A stretch of 64,000 nt of DNA, taken from the NCBI GenBank assembly GCA_002633005.1, contig NMRA01000095.1:487901-551900 (forward strand), written 5' to 3'. This DNA is from Phoronis australis (lineage: Eukaryota > Animalia > Phoronida). Under the pieces are notes generated by a model. That model made no database searches and was not told where the DNA came from. It saw only the letters and a program-made list of their open reading frames with translations. Positions 61,681 to 64,000 of the stretch are shown here, one piece after another. A program made the position numbers and the translations under genes. Every line of letters begins with the position of its first letter. Position 1 is the first letter of the stretch.

Positions 61681-62070
61681 TCTGTCCTGTTTATGGTCTT
61701 CCAATACTTACAGTGTATTATTCCTGAGTATGTAGGACAGGGCAGTTAGAGTTTATGACCGTTGAGTTTTGTCATATTTATTTTGTGGCGGAGTGTTCTC
61801 AATACAAATATACCTAGCAACATGTTCGTGTGCCAGTAAATTTCGGATCCAACTGAATTGAGGGATTAAATTGGAGTTTGTTGAAATCTGTCCTGTTTAT
61901 GGTCTTCTAATACTTGCAGGACAGGGCAGGTAGAGTTTACGACCATTGAGCTTTGTCATTATATTTATTTTGTGGCGGGGTTTTGTCAATATAAATGTAC
62001 ATAATTGTGTGCCAGTAAATGTCGGATTCAACTGAACTGAGGTAAAACTTTAGAGTTGGTTGAAATCTGA
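61681..62070. repeat. Diverged tandem duplication of about 200 bp
   Basis: tctgtcctgtttatggtctt...ggacagggcag...gtgccagtaaat..cggat.caactgaa.tgagg...gttgaaatctg occurs from 61681 and again from 61887. Confidence 0.85.
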
Positions 62071-64000
62071 CTTTTGCTGAAGTGTAGTGCATGTATGGTA
62101 CCAGTACGGTACAGAAACTTTGTACCTGCTAGACATTTCCATTTTACTGTCACGGTGTGATTGTAATGCGTAATGGCGATATTTTGAAATAAATATATTT
62201 TGAAATAAATCAAAACTTTATTGTTTGAAATTTTTACAGTATCTCAATGTGTTGTTTCTGTGTGAAAATTTTTCTTGTCCTTCTCGTTATGGACGGCCAA
62301 TAATATGGAAGTGAGCTCGTTAATGACAGAAAAAATGGCGATTCCCCACATCATGGTCGCATAAAAGGGGTACGTTGAGTTGAGTAAAAACTAATATTGA
62401 TAAAAATTAATAATGCGTTTAAAACGCTAGTTCAGCGGCGTGTCAAGTTGTTTTACAGCAGAGCCTATAACACAACAATTTGAACTGCGAGACCATGTCG
62501 TTTCAAACTGTACAAATTACCAGTTCGTCACGCCAAGATGGATTAGGAACTAGGATAAGTAATATCAGGAAGTGGTCATCTCTTCCTGGTAATACTAGAT
62601 AGTTAAAGAAAAGTATCGTATCACTGAAATAATTTTCTTTGAGACACTTCAACACCCCTTACATGCGTTTTATTCGAAAAAAAAGTCTGCATATTAATGC
62701 AATAAATTTCCTCGCATAATATTATCAAGTAACAAAGACAACATAAATGAGTTACGTTCTTTTACTGACATTTTTAACGAACAAATTCAGAAAACAACTG
62801 GAAAGTACTTGAAGATGAGGTTTGAGGCTATTGTCTCAGAAAAAATGTCCCGGGATTCCAGTTTTACGGGATGGTTAGATGTTTTGAAGGTGTGAGAGCC
62901 TGTTTTCGACTACAGGATATCTGTTTTGCAGGCAAAATTGCGTTATTGGAAGTGGTTGTGCCACTGAAATCGAATTCAATCTGCTCACCAGGTATTTTTA
63001 GGGTTTGTTCATAAAGGTTTTTAATTTCTATTGACATCAAAGCATTTTCTTTCAGTTTCTTTCAAGTTTCAAAAAAGCATCTGTCAACTGCTCACGTCTT
63101 CGTCGATTTTTCTCCCACAAGGCACAGCACGTCTCCTTATTTCGTATAACAAAACACAGATCCACACATTTCCCTAATATAGAAAATGTGGCCTTTGACC
63201 CCAAGCGCCTTCAAGCCGTGAGAGTATGCGTAAATGTATCATAAGTGGGAGGGAGATTAAAAACTCTGTGGTAACCACGGATTTTTTCTTTCGTGCGTAT
63301 TTAAAAAATGAATCTTGTGAGTTTTCTGGAAATTTCCTGACAGGGGAAAGTGAATTATTCAGTACTAGACGTTGTGAGTTGGTACTTTCATCAGGAATTG
63401 GTTAAAATATATTTTTGACGAGCTTTCGATGCCTCGTTAACATATAATATGTATACAAATACATATACGTATACGCATATGTATCATGTGAGTGTGCGCG
63501 TGCGCGTGCGTGCATGTATACATTGTGTCTAGCCCCTTTTGTAGCAGCATGACAGTCCAACAAAACAACGCACAGACTATTCGTAATAGTGACTGAACAT
63601 GGTGCGCGGGCTTGATCGCGGACTCAAGTGACTGGAAACCAGATAACCATTCATACTCAGAGCCGTATTCATGTCGACTCGACTTGACTCGATACACGGC
63701 GGAGCGGTCACACGTTTTACATTCTTATTTAGATAAGTAACACTACATGTCTGACCACGTGACTCCTGTTCTAATTTTATGAGGAAGTCCGTAACCCGAC
63801 AATCGTGATTTGTACTTAGGCGTATATAACAACAAGCGACACTGTGATTGTACAGACTCGTGTCTGCCGAGAGCCAAGTGGGTAGCCTGTTGTCGGCGCT
63901 GGTCGGCCTCCGGGACTTCAGCATTATGGCACTTGGTCGGGAAATGTGTGTTTTGATGCCTTTGTGTCTCGTGTGTTTCCTAATGGTTCTTATGACGGCC

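Overview
This is AT-rich, intron-rich metazoan DNA, probably from a marine invertebrate bilaterian; the taxon cannot be fixed from the sequence. I reconstructed four spliced genes by hand using GT/AG sites and consistent exon phases: (1) the last two coding exons of a SoxD (SOX5/6/13-type) gene (+); (2) a complete FGFR1OP2/SIKE1 homolog (+, 193 aa); (3) a complete INTS12 homolog (-, about 351 aa, PHD finger); (4) a KIAA1549/UPF0606-like type I membrane protein (+, 17 coding exons, about 4,844 aa), divergent from INTS12. Gene 4 has a signal peptide, a single 11,757-nt mucin exon with nested VNTRs, a juxtamembrane domain with three furin-type sites, one TM helix and a long cytoplasmic tail. Introns carry several MITE families (five insertions have 5-bp TSDs), tRNA-derived SINEs and a Helentron-type (HINE/DINE-1-like) element whose internal repeats carry ten CTCF-like motifs. 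The last 8 kb has no supportable CDS but contains clustered IRF, NF-kB, ETS and CRE-like motifs. Family assignments rest on motifs I recall from human proteins and need database confirmation. Most short ORFs in the supplied track are spurious.
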